Positions 20,243 through 30,152 of a DNA stretch of 64,000 bases are shown in pieces (position 1 is the first letter of the stretch; every line of letters begins with the position of its first letter). The stretch comes from an uncultured delta proteobacterium (GTDB lineage Bacteria; Desulfobacterota; RBG-13-43-22), in assembly GCA_963802945.1 (NCBI GenBank), contig CAWDKY010000030.1, forward strand, positions 1 to 64,000, read 5' to 3'. The translations under genes and the position numbers were made by a program. The notes under the pieces were generated by a model, which was not told the DNA's origin, ran no database searches, and saw only the letters and a list, made by a program, of their open reading frames with translations.

Positions 20243-22114
20243 ATGACCGGTACCGACTTGGAACAGCCTTTATTTCAACTGAACCCCGAATTTAAAGATC
20301 CCTTACGCCGGAAACTTTTTCCGATAGTTAAGGCCCCTTTGGAAAAAGCCCTTTTGCTTAACCGGGTCAACAGTATGTACCGGGAAATAGAGAAAACCTT
20401 GGATACCGGTCTATTTTTGGCCAACATAACAAAACGCCTTAGTATTCAATCCCGTCTCGAAGACAAAGATTTCGAACGAATCCCCCAGACAGGACCGGCC
20501 ATTGCAGTCATGAACCACCCTTTCGGCGGGATTGAGGGAATCCTTTTAGCTTCCTTGCTGCACTCCAGGCGCAAGGATATCAAAATCATGGCCAATTATT
20601 TATTGACCTCCATACCGAAATTGGCCGATCTTTTTATTTTTGTTGATCCCTTTGAACGGAAAGAAGCCTTAAATCGAAATATCCGGGCCCTTAGAGAAGC
20701 CATCCGCTGGGTGGAAAATGGAGGCCTATTGGGCATCTTCCCGGCCGGAGAAGTCTCTCATTTTCATTTCAATCAAAGAAAAATCCTCGATCCCCCTTGG
20801 AGTGAAGGCATCGTCCGCATATTAAAAAAAACAAAAGCACCGGTTTTGCCGGTTTTTATTAAAGGAAATAATGGGCCCCTTTTCCACATTGCCGGTCTGG
20901 TCCATCCCCGATTAAGAACGGCCTTGCTGCCCCGGGAACTGGTGAACAAACAGAAAAAGGAAATCGAAATTCGGATCGGAAATGTGATTTCAAATAAAAC
21001 TCTCGTCGCTTTTCCATCCGACCGGGAGATGCTCAGTTATTTGCGCCATCGGACCTATATGCTTGAACACCGTGCCCCCTCCCATCAAAACAGTTCCTCC
21101 AACCCACATTCTTTTCAAAAAAAGAAAAAAAACTCAAACCGCTCATTTCCCCCACCATTTCCAATTTCCTGGCAGAGGAAATACATAACCTGCCGATCAA
21201 ACAAACCTTATTGGTCCATGGGTGAATACAAAGTGGCCTATGCGCATTCGGCTCAGATCCCTTATCTCTTGCGGGAGATCGGCCGACTGCGGGAACTCAC
21301 TTTCCGCCAGTCCGGTGAAGGAACAGGCAAGGCATTGGACCTGGATGAATATGATACTTTTTATCTTCATCTTTTTCTTTGGAAGAGAGGATACCCAAGA
21401 ATTGATCGGGGCCTATCGGCTTGGTCCGACCGATATGCTATTGAACCGCCTCGGTCGGAGAGGTTTGTATACCCAAACTCTTTTTTCCTTTCGCCATTCC
21501 TTTTTTACCCATATCCATCCGGCCTTGGAATTAGGGAAGATCCTTCGTCCAGGATTGAATATCAAAAAAGTTATAATGCCTTGTTGCTGCTCTGGAAAGG
21601 GATCGGCCGATTATGTCGCCCTACATCCCACGGTATCGATTTCTTTTCGGCCCGGTCAGTATCAATCAGGAATATCAAATAAATTCTCGAATGCTGATGG
21701 TGACTTATTTGAAGAGACCGCAATTTTCTGCCTGAGTTGGCCAAATGGGTTAAACCTAAAAATCCCTTCCCGCTTAAGCCCGATGGATGGATGGAAACGG
21801 CCGCCCGCCATCTTCTTTATGATATCGAAGAAGTTTCGACTTGGGTGGCCGAACTGGAGAACAACCCTAAAGGGGTTCCCGTACTATTAAAGCAATATCT
21901 TAAATTGGGAGGGAAGTTGTTGGGGTTTAATGTTGATCCTCAAGTTCAGCAACGTCCTTGACGGCCTGATTCTGGTGGATTTAACTCCAGACCGAAAGTA
22001 GAATTTTGGAACGTTATATGGGTTAAAAAGGGGATAGAAACCTTTTTAAATACCCATAATCAAAAGCAAGCAGCTCCAGACCAGGAGACGGATTCCACCC
22101 GATATGCCGCTTGA
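20243..22114 (+). CDS. OlsF-like bifunctional acyltransferase (PlsC-like + GNAT/OlsB-like), several frameshifts
   Basis: NHPFGGIEG, FPAGEVS, EIGRLRELTFR..GEGTGK..DLD.YD, GAYRLG, ALELG and PVLLKQYLKLGG are spread over 3-4 frames. Confidence 0.75.
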
Positions 22115-22130
22115 GAGAAACTTGAGGAAG

Positions 22131-22170
22131 ATTTAATCCAAAAGTTATCAAATTGTCATGAAACGGTCAT
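22131..22170 (+). promoter_or_regulatory. Pho-box array upstream of the arsC-like gene
   Basis: ATTTAAT, AAGTTAT, TTGTCAT, CGGTCAT at 11-bp spacing. Confidence 0.7.
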
Positions 22171-22240
22171 ATTTCAAAGGTCTTATAAGAAATAAATAAG
22201 GAACACTTATAAAATAAACATCATTAAAAGGTCGGCCTGC

Positions 22241-22717
22241 ATGCCAAAGCCTTCGAAAGATAAAATCAGGGTTTTATTTATGTGTCTCCATAATAGCGCC
22301 CGGAGTCAAATGGCCGAAGCCTGGCTTAATCATCTCCATGGGGATCAATTTGAAGCCCGAAGTGCCGGATTGGAACCCTGGCCTTTAAATCCCCTGGCCG
22401 TAACGGTTATGCAGGAGGTTGGTATTGACATCTCAGGTCAAATTCCATGCAGGGTGTTTGATTTCGTCCAGAGTGGTGATTTGTTCTCTTATGCGATCAC
22501 CTTGTGGGATCAAACCACTCATGAACGTCGCGCTTATTTCCCGGGTTTTAGTATCCGCCTCCAATGGAATTTTCCTGATCCTGTCTTGATCAGTGGAAGT
22601 CCGAAGCAGCGATTGGATAATTTCAGAGAGATGAGAAACCATCTTAAGGATAAAATTGAAATTTGGATCGACCAAATCAAATCAGAAAAGGTATTTTGCT
22701 TGAGAAAAGCTTCATAA
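22241..22717 (+). CDS. ArsC/LMW-PTP family protein lacking the resolving cysteines
   Basis: VLFMCLHNSARSQMAE P-loop, SAG, W.FPDP; ITLWD...ERRAYFPG where ArsC usually has C..C. Confidence 0.8.
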   Translation: MPKPSKDKIRVLFMCLHNSARSQMAEAWLNHLHGDQFEARSAGLEPWPLNPLAVTVMQEVGIDISGQIPCRVFDFVQSGDLFSYAITLWDQTTHERRAYFPGFSIRLQWNFPDPVLISGSPKQRLDNFREMRNHLKDKIEIWIDQIKSEKVFCLRKAS

Positions 22718-22769
22718 AAAAAATTCGGCTTACGTTTGCATAATCCAACCAGGAGTCAGGAGGTTTATC

Positions 22770-23036
22770 ATGGAGGTCCCCATTAAAATCCTTTATATCG
22801 ATGCCGATTACCGGGTCGTTTATACGGTTCTTTTTAACGGTTCGAAAATCCAATCTCCCCTACCCCTGGAAACCACTTTGTTCATGCTGGAAAATGAGAA
22901 GTTCGATCTGATTTTTTCGGAGCCTCAAAACATAGTCGTCCTAACTCCTCAAACGGCTGTGGATAAAATGGAATTCATAATCAATTCCTTCTCTAAAGGT
23001 CCTTTGCCTTTGAGCTCTTCAGCGGTTATAAATTGA
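22770..23036 (+). CDS. Small half-receiver-like hypothetical protein
   Basis: Strong SD GGAGG; IKILYIDAD...LENEKFDLIFSEP; paralogs at 57789 and 33765. Confidence 0.65.
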   Translation: MEVPIKILYIDADYRVVYTVLFNGSKIQSPLPLETTLFMLENEKFDLIFSEPQNIVVLTPQTAVDKMEFIINSFSKGPLPLSSSAVIN

Positions 23037-23101
23037 ATCGAATACAAAAAAAGAAAAGAGAGAGATCAAAAATTGAATCCCAATAACTCAGTTAGGCAGT
23101 T

Positions 23102-23353
23102 ATGAATTTCGTTTGGCCAGGAAACCATATGACCAGGGAAAAAAGTTTTGTTAAGCAATGGCGGACTGCGGAATTGCATGACATGATTGCTTGCCCCTAT
23201 CAACCGGGAAGTTTGAAGATTTTAAAAAAATCCTGTTTGGTATGCCGCCGGGCTTCCCAAAAAGGCAAATCTTTTCAAATCAAGAACAATAAATTTTTTT
23301 TATTTACGGTCAGGCAAGGGCTGATGACCTGTAAGAGCTGCCCGGTAGGATAA
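23102..23353 (+). CDS. Small Cys-rich hypothetical protein
   Basis: CPYQPG, CxxC twice (CLVC, CKSC); co-oriented with upstream genes. Confidence 0.5.
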   Translation: MNFVWPGNHMTREKSFVKQWRTAELHDMIACPYQPGSLKILKKSCLVCRRASQKGKSFQIKNNKFFLFTVRQGLMTCKSCPVG

Positions 23354-23649
23354 ATAGTTTAAGGATGGCGGAACGACAGTAAATCTACATTGGTTAAAGT
23401 TTTTAATTGGCTAAGGATTATGGGAACAATTATCAAAACCTTCATTCATTAGGTTAGCGCCAAAGACTTATCTTTCTATTTTTCTTATTGATTTAATCTT
23501 TTCTTCTGTTTTATAATCTTTTTAAATAATACCCGACCCTATCAATCAAAGCCGGACTTTGGTTTTTTATTTCCTTCTACAACGCTCGGGCTTTGGCTGT
23601 ATCAAGGGTGGCTTCTTACAAAACCCAGGCAGGAGAGTCAGGAGGGAGC

Positions 23650-23976
23650 ATGCCCTATTACATAGCGGATACACCAGGCCGGTTGAGGATTGAAAGTCCT
23701 GTGCTGAAAAACAATCAACAGAAGTGCGCGGCCTTTCAGGAATTTTTGAAAGGCATTAGCGGTGTAACCTCGGTCAACATGAAATCTGAGTTGGGAAGTG
23801 CCACCGTACACTATGACCCTAAGGTCCTTGATCACACCAAGCTTATCGGGCTGCTTGAAAAGACTGGTGAGTTCGACCACTTTCAGGCCAAGACACCGGA
23901 TGATTATTTAGAGGAGGCCATAGAGGATGTTGCCAAGGTGGCCCTCGATGCTGTTTCGGACGGACTGAAGGAATAG
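23650..23976 (+). CDS. HMA2-domain (Cys-less HMA-like) protein
   Basis: SD GGAGG; YIADTPGRLRI, GVTSV, GSATVHYD. Confidence 0.75.
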   Translation: MPYYIADTPGRLRIESPVLKNNQQKCAAFQEFLKGISGVTSVNMKSELGSATVHYDPKVLDHTKLIGLLEKTGEFDHFQAKTPDDYLEEAIEDVAKVALDAVSDGLKE

Positions 23977-24004
23977 TTTCGCAAGGTTTAACTCAAAATT
24001 CATT

Positions 24005-24577
24005 TCAGGTAATTTTCCCCCGACGCCGATATCGCTTATGCATCCAGACCAAAACCCATAAGACCGAGAGCCCTATGAAAATTCCCATCTGCAGTTTTTT
24101 AATTTCCGGCAGGAAAACGTGAATGGTTTCGCCGAAGAGATAGCCCCCACCGGCCACAAGGATTGACCAGACCATGGCACTGAGCCCGTTGAGTATCATA
24201 AATCTTCCGGTCTTAATGTCCCGGTCCATGCCGAGGATCAAGGGAGTCACCAATCGAAATCCGTATAAAAACCGGAATCCCAAAATGATTAAATTATGAT
24301 GTCCTTTAAGGAGTTGGTGGATCCTTTCCACCTTGATCTGCCATTTTTTATGCCGATTTATTAAAAGACGCCCCTTATATCGTCCTAAAAAGAAAAACAT
24401 CTGGTCTCCGGAAAAACTCCCGATGAAGGCCATGAGCACAACAAAAGGTAAATTCAAATATCCCCAGAAGGAAACCATCCCGGCAATGAGGAGAATGGTC
24501 TCCCCCTCAACGATGGTTCCCAGGGCTATGGCCGGATATCCATAGTTCTCGATTATTTGTTCGAAAACGATATTCAC
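24005..24577 (-). CDS. DedA family membrane protein
   Basis: YGY.A...G...EGET, GD..FF.LGR, RFLYG.R. Confidence 0.85.
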   Translation of the reverse strand: MNIVFEQIIENYGYPAIALGTIVEGETILLIAGMVSFWGYLNLPFVVLMAFIGSFSGDQMFFFLGRYKGRLLINRHKKWQIKVERIHQLLKGHHNLIILGFRFLYGFRLVTPLILGMDRDIKTGRFMILNGLSAMVWSILVAGGGYLFGETIHVFLPEIKKLQMGIFIGLSVLWVLVWMHKRYRRRGKIT

Positions 24578-24661
24578 CTCCAGTGCATGGCTGCAATGAG
24601 AATGCCGATTATTAACAAAATGGACAACAGGATCTCTTCTATTATTTTTTTCGAAAACATT

Positions 24662-25069
24662 TTACGCTTCCTGTACATTTTTAGGTGAAAATACAATGGC
24701 TAGAGTGCGAATAATCCCCACCACCAAAAGGAGGCAGGATAGAGACAAAATCTCCCCCGTGGCCATTTTACTCTGATATAAACCGATCATAATTTCCCGA
24801 AGGATAAAAACCATGGCGCCGTCAATGATAAAGGTAATTCTAATCCGATGGATCTCAAAATACTCGATAAGGCTGCGGAGGAGTTCCATGATAATAAACA
24901 AGGACAGAATATTAGTGACCAAGAGGTTTAAGCCGGATTGAATGGTCGGGCTTCTAAATATCTCTCTCAAGTCCAGGCATATCTTGGCCATGCCCAGCAT
25001 CACGGCCAGAATGATAAAGGGAATCATCAATTTAATAAGAATATCTAAGGCCTTTTTAAATAAATTCAT
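24662..25069 (-). CDS. Phosphate-starvation-inducible PsiE family membrane protein
   Basis: Four TM helices, ELLRSLIEYF, F.LREIMI; TGTTCAT-n4-TTGTAAC Pho-like site at 25092..25109. Confidence 0.75.
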   Translation of the reverse strand: MNLFKKALDILIKLMIPFIILAVMLGMAKICLDLREIFRSPTIQSGLNLLVTNILSLFIIMELLRSLIEYFEIHRIRITFIIDGAMVFILREIMIGLYQSKMATGEILSLSCLLLVVGIIRTLAIVFSPKNVQEA

Positions 25070-25288
25070 AGGCGGACTATAGAAGATGCAGGTTACAAAC
25101 AGATGAACAAAAAATAGTTTTTTGCAGAAGAGTTTTATTAATAGGAAAGTAATGAAAAATTGAATAGATTTATCTGGAACAAGGAATACAATAATTAAGT
25201 TTAGCCATAAAGCATAATAAAAATTGCTTCAACCTATTGCGATCGATGACCTACGTCTTTTTTTATTAAAAATAATATAAACACCCTA

Positions 25289-25329
25289 TTGACATTCTTA
25301 ATATTAGGCTTAAAATAATAATCCTAATA
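25289..25329 (+). promoter_or_regulatory. Sigma70-like promoter overlapped by an inverted repeat
   Basis: TTGACA (25289), TAAAAT (25311); TATTAGG-n14-CCTAATA (25302..25329). Confidence 0.5.
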
Positions 25330-25362
25330 AGTAAGGAGCAAATTCAAATCAGAGGTGGGATT

Positions 25363-25659
25363 ATGGCGATTTTTGAAGGATGGAAAGGAAATATTTTGGG
25401 AGGAATGGCTATTGGGATCGGTGCCTCGGTGGTTGGACCGGTGGTGATACCCATCTTGGCCACCGTCGTCAAACCCCTGACCAAGGCGGCTATCAAAGGC
25501 GGTTATTTACTTTATGAAAAAGGAAGAGAGACCTTGTCCGAGGCCCAAGAAGTAATTGAAGATCTGGTCGCCGAGACCAAAGCCGAAATAGAAGGGGCCC
25601 AAGAAGCCCCTTCACCCTCAGATGTTTCAGCGTCTGTGGCCGATCCTCCGAAAAAATAA
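25363..25659 (+). CDS. DUF5132-like small membrane protein (GxxxG-rich, FezA-like)
   Basis: GGMAIGIG hydrophobic N-terminus, KPLTKAAIKGG, EDLVAETKAE. Confidence 0.75.
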   Translation: MAIFEGWKGNILGGMAIGIGASVVGPVVIPILATVVKPLTKAAIKGGYLLYEKGRETLSEAQEVIEDLVAETKAEIEGAQEAPSPSDVSASVADPPKK

Positions 25660-25667
25660 AAAAGTCC

Positions 25668-26144
25668 ATGTGGGATCTCCCTGAAGATACTTATCTCAGT
25701 CATGTCTCTAAAGGAAGGCTACGTTTAAGAATACCTTCGAAAAAAAGGGATGTTGCCTTTTTTGCTCAACTTCAAGCTGCCCTTTCCCCTATTCCAGGCC
25801 TTGATCAAATCAAAGTAAACCCCTTGAGCGGCAGTCTCCTCATCCTCCATAGCGAACTTCCCGAGGAAGTGTCCTCTTTTGTTAAAGACTTGGCCGATCC
25901 CGCTCCAAAAAGAAATGCCAACGATAAACCAAACAGCATTTTTCAGAGGTTTACAGGGACATTTCGTCAAGTAAATACTCAAATACAAGGATTTACTAAG
26001 GGTGAATTGGATATCCCGACGTTAAGTTTTATTGCCCTTTTAGTCGTGGGAATCTACCAGATCAGTCGGAAAAATTTTACAGCCCCGGCCTGGTACACGG
26101 CTTTTTGGTATGCCCTGAATATTTTTTTGAAATCCAAGGAATGA
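25668..26144 (+). CDS. HMA2-domain membrane protein (FezC-like)
   Basis: HVSKGRLRLR, NPLSGSLLILH, C-terminal TM region with PAWYTAFWYA. Confidence 0.75.
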   Translation: MWDLPEDTYLSHVSKGRLRLRIPSKKRDVAFFAQLQAALSPIPGLDQIKVNPLSGSLLILHSELPEEVSSFVKDLADPAPKRNANDKPNSIFQRFTGTFRQVNTQIQGFTKGELDIPTLSFIALLVVGIYQISRKNFTAPAWYTAFWYALNIFLKSKE

Positions 26145-26259
26145 TGGATCGATAAAAAACGCTATTACCTAAGGTGGAAATCTGGGAGGGGCCAGCACCA
26201 AAAAACATCAAATTCCTTTTTTCAAAGGAGTGGTCTTTAAACAACGGCCAGGAGGAACC

Positions 26260-26991
26260 ATGCCTTTAAAAAAAGATAACAAACCAATTCCAAAAAAAGT
26301 TAAACCCAATAAACCAATTATAAGGAGGCCGATTATGCCGAACAAAACAGGACAAGAAACCACGCCTGAAAGCCAAGGCATGGGGAAAGTAGGAACCAGC
26401 ATTAAGGACGGAGTGGTCAGCAGCTTGAAGGGAATCAACGAGATCGAGGCTGAAATCGTCAGCCTGGTGCGCAACACCGTTTCAACCACGCTTCGAGCTT
26501 CCGGAACAATAGCCGGCGAAAGTTTAAACGTCGCCAAAGAAGTGATTAAGGGGGCCATTCAGGGCACCGAAGAAGTGGGCACAGGTCTTATCCTGAGCAC
26601 AAAAAGTGTGGCCAAGGGATTGGTCATGGGGATCAGTGATGTGGGTGGAGACGTGGTCTCCATAGCCGGACAGACCGTCAAGGGGGCTGTCAAAGGCGCT
26701 TCCGAAATTGGAGCCGATGTGGGTCTGGTGGCCAGAAGGACGGTGGACGGCGTCATTGAAGCCACCAAAGAGATCGGCGGAAATGTGGAAGAGGTCGCTA
26801 AGGTGGCTGTCGGGGGGGCCATAGAAGCAGCCGGGACCATCGGGACTATGGCCGTCCGCTCGGTAAAGGATATGTTGGTCGGTGTGGCCGAAGGGGTTAA
26901 AGAAGTGGCCTCCAGTTTACTCCCCAAATCCAAACCGGATAATGCATCCGAACTCAACGAACGTTCCAAACGAAAAAGCGGAGATTTTTAA
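26260..26991 (+). CDS. Gly/Val/Ala-rich protein made of 22-residue amphipathic repeats
   Basis: At least seven exact 22-aa registers; SD-preceded ATGs at 26260 and 26335. Confidence 0.8.
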   Translation: MPLKKDNKPIPKKVKPNKPIIRRPIMPNKTGQETTPESQGMGKVGTSIKDGVVSSLKGINEIEAEIVSLVRNTVSTTLRASGTIAGESLNVAKEVIKGAIQGTEEVGTGLILSTKSVAKGLVMGISDVGGDVVSIAGQTVKGAVKGASEIGADVGLVARRTVDGVIEATKEIGGNVEEVAKVAVGGAIEAAGTIGTMAVRSVKDMLVGVAEGVKEVASSLLPKSKPDNASELNERSKRKSGDF

Positions 26992-26994
26992 CCT

Positions 26995-29900
26995 TTGGTT
27001 CGAACGATTCATGCCGCGGTAAAAGGAAGGGTGCGTTATCGGGTTGACGGCCTTTATCGTTCCAGGGCGTTAAAAAAAGTTTTGGAAGACCGATTTGCCG
27101 AAAAGGATGGGATCACCGCCTTTTCGGCAAATTTTTTAACCGGTCATGTCATAGTTTACTTTAATCCCAGTCTGAACTCCTCAACCATCACCCTGCTTAT
27201 AAATGAAACCGTCGAGAGCTTTTATCAGGGGAATGGGCATAAAAAGGGGATTATTCGCAAAGAATCCTTTTATGAAACTTTCTTTGCTGACGCCCCGTCA
27301 AGACCTTCAAAGGCACATGTTTTTTCATCATCCGCCCGACCCAAAACTCCGATCCCCGGCAAGGGGAAAACCCGGCGACTGGTCCTTCGCGGCGCTGATC
27401 AAAGGATAGAACCTTGGCACCTTCAATCCGCCGAATCCCTGTTAGTCGAAATGGGCATTCAGCCGCAGGCAGGGCTTTCCGATATGGCGGTGAAGGAAAG
27501 ACAAAAAAAGTATGGGCCGAATATCCTCCCTGAAGCCGTGCCCCGTTCCGGATTCAGTCTGTTCATTGATCAATTCAAGTCCCTTCCCGTGGCCTTATTG
27601 GGCGTGGCGGCCGGTATTTCAGTGGCCACCGGTGGACTGGTTGATGCCGTTGTCATCCTTTCAGTCGTTGTTATTAATGCCGTCATAGGGTACGTCACCG
27701 AAAGTCGAGCGGAAAAAACTATCCATTCTTTAAAGAACCTGGTCCGTCCTATGGCTTTGGTACTCAGGGAAGGATCGGTTCAAATTATAGGGACCCAGGA
27801 GGTGGTGCCGGGTGATCTTCTGGTCCTCCAGCCCGGAAGTTATGTGGCGGCCGATGCCCGGCTCATCGAGGTCTCCCGGCTAAGTGTGGACGAGTCAGTC
27901 CTCACCGGAGAGAGCTTCCCGGGCATAAAGTCCACAGGACCACTATTAGACCTTCAAATACCCCTGGCTGATAGGACCAACATGGTCTATATGGGCACCC
28001 TGGTAATCGGCGGCCAGGGTTTGGCTTTAACGGTGGCTACGGGAAAATATACGGAAATCGGAAAAATTCAGGTCCTGGTGGGAGAGGCCCTTCCTCCGGA
28101 AACCCCCATGGAAAAGCAATTGGATCGGATGGGAGGTCAACTGGTCACCATTTCCTTAGCCGTCTGCGGTCTGGTGTTTGTTATCGGGCTCTTGCGGGGT
28201 TATGGTCTATTACAGATGTTGAAGAATTCCATCGCCCTGGCTGTGGCCGCCGTACCGGAAGGGTTGCCTATGGTAGCTACCACGACTTTGGCCTTGGGCC
28301 TTCGTCGGATGAAAGAGTATAAAGTCTTGATTCGTCATTTGGGTGCGGTGGAGACCTTGGGCTCGGTTCAAACCATCTGCATGGATAAGACCGGAACCAT
28401 TACCATGAATCATATGTCGGTCAAGGCCGTCTACGTAGGGATGGAGACCCTTCAGGTGACCCAGGGTCGATTTCTCAAGGGGAAAGAACCGGTTGATCCC
28501 TATGACCGGCAGGACCTTTTACAACTGATCCATATCGGGGTCCTTTGCAATGAAAGCGAAATCGAAAAAAGAGGATATAAGGAAGGTTCTTTACAAAAGG
28601 ATCAAGCGGAGGTTAAAGGCAATGGGCTCTCTGTCGGGCAGTTCGGGAATTATGTGGTCAGCGGCTCCCCTACGGAAAACGCCTTAATCCATATGGCCAT
28701 TAGTGCCGGGATCAATCTAGAGGACCTGAGGACAAAATTTTCTACCCTTCAAACCAGGTATCGTTCCGAACAGCAGAATTTTATGATTACCCTTCATAAA
28801 ACGACCCAGGAAGGTCGTCAGGTGATAGCCGTTAAAGGCAGTCCCGCTGAAGTCCTGGCTCTTTGCCAATGGCAGAAAAAGGATGGCCACCAAATCCTCC
28901 TGACCGATGAAGATCGTCTGCGTATTGAGATGGAAAATGAGCAGATGGCAGGCCATGCCTTAAGGGTTTTGGGAATGGCCTATTTGTCCTTGGAGATGAG
29001 AGACTTTGGTTGTCCCGGACTCTGCGGATCTTCAAGACAAGCTGATCTGGCTGGGTTTAGTGGGCATGGGCGACCCGATTCGGTCTGGTGTCAAAGAATT
29101 GGTCAAGGACTTCCACCTGGCCGGCATTGATACGGTAATGATTACCGGGGACCAGACCTCCACCGCCTATGCCATCGGTAAAGAGTTGAATCTCAGTCCG
29201 GATGAAGAATTGCAGATCCTGGATTCGACTCATATTGATGAGATGGACCCGGAGGTGCTCCAAGCCCTGGCCGAAAAGGTCCATGTCTTTGCCCGGGTCA
29301 GTCCGTCGCATAAATTACAGATCGTCCAGGCCATGCAAAAGAAGGGGAAGGTCGTGGCCATGACCGGGGATGGAATTAACGACGGGCCGGCCTTGAAGGT
29401 AGCCGATATCGGGGTGGCCATGGGGCATAGCGGTACCGATGTGGCCCGCGAAGTGGCCGATGTGGTTTTGGAAGATGATCATTTAGAAACCATGTTAATC
29501 GCCGTCCGCCAAGGAAGGACCATTTATAATAATATTAGAAAATCGCTTCATTTTCTCCTTTCCACCAACATGAGTGAAATCATGGTGGTCTTTGCGGCCA
29601 CCACCGGAGGACTCGGTCACCCGCTGAACGCCAGGCAACTTCTTTGGATTAATTTGATCAGCGATATTTTCCCGGGACTGGCTTTGGCCTTGGAAGCCCC
29701 GGAACCGGATGTCCTGACCTACCCTCCCAGAAACCCTGAAGAACCGATTATCCGAAAACAGGACTTTAAAAGGGCTTTTTTTGGAATCATCTGTTCTATC
29801 CGCAGGAACCTTGGGCGTTTATGGGTACGGACTGGCTCGTTACGGACAGGGTCCCCAGGCCAATACCCTGGCTTTTATGACCTTGAGTTGCAGTCAGCTT

Positions 29901-30152
29901 CTCCACGCCTATAGCTGCCGCTCCGAAACCCATTCCCTTTTTAGTTCGGAAAAGCTCCCCTCCAATCGATTATTGAACCTGGCCGTCGTCGGTTCGTTGG
30001 TTGTTCAAGTCGGCACCTTGATCATCCCCGGGATGCGAGGTCTCTTGGGACTCAGCCCTCTCACCGCCTTTGAGGGCCTGCTCGTGGGGGGAGCCAGTTT
30101 TTTACCCCTTCTGATCAATGAATCCACCAAATCCACAGGGAAAAAACAATGA
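26995..30152 (+). CDS. P-type ATPase, P2A (Ca2+-type) signature, with N-terminal HMA2 domain; frameshifts near 29000 and 29780
   Basis: IHAAVKGRVRY...ANFLTG (HMA2), YGPN, TGES, VPEGLP, DKTGT, KGSP, TGD, GDGIND, STNMSE, WINLISD, QLLH. Confidence 0.85.

Noticed and set aside
26208-26969. Two minus-strand Ser/Thr/Pro-rich ORFs
   Set aside because: Shadows of the repeat protein, which has SD sites and operon context on the plus strand.
26995-30152. Calling the cassette a canonical ferrosome (fezP) or a Cu/Zn pump
   Set aside because: The ATPase has PEGL and P2A-type M5/M6 residues and lacks P1B motifs; the HMA2 domain has no CxxC.
20243-30152. Programmed ribosomal frameshifting in the OlsF-like and ATPase genes
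   Set aside because: Multiple irregular breaks per gene and across unrelated genes fit sequencing indels better; only the IS630 shift matches a known pattern.
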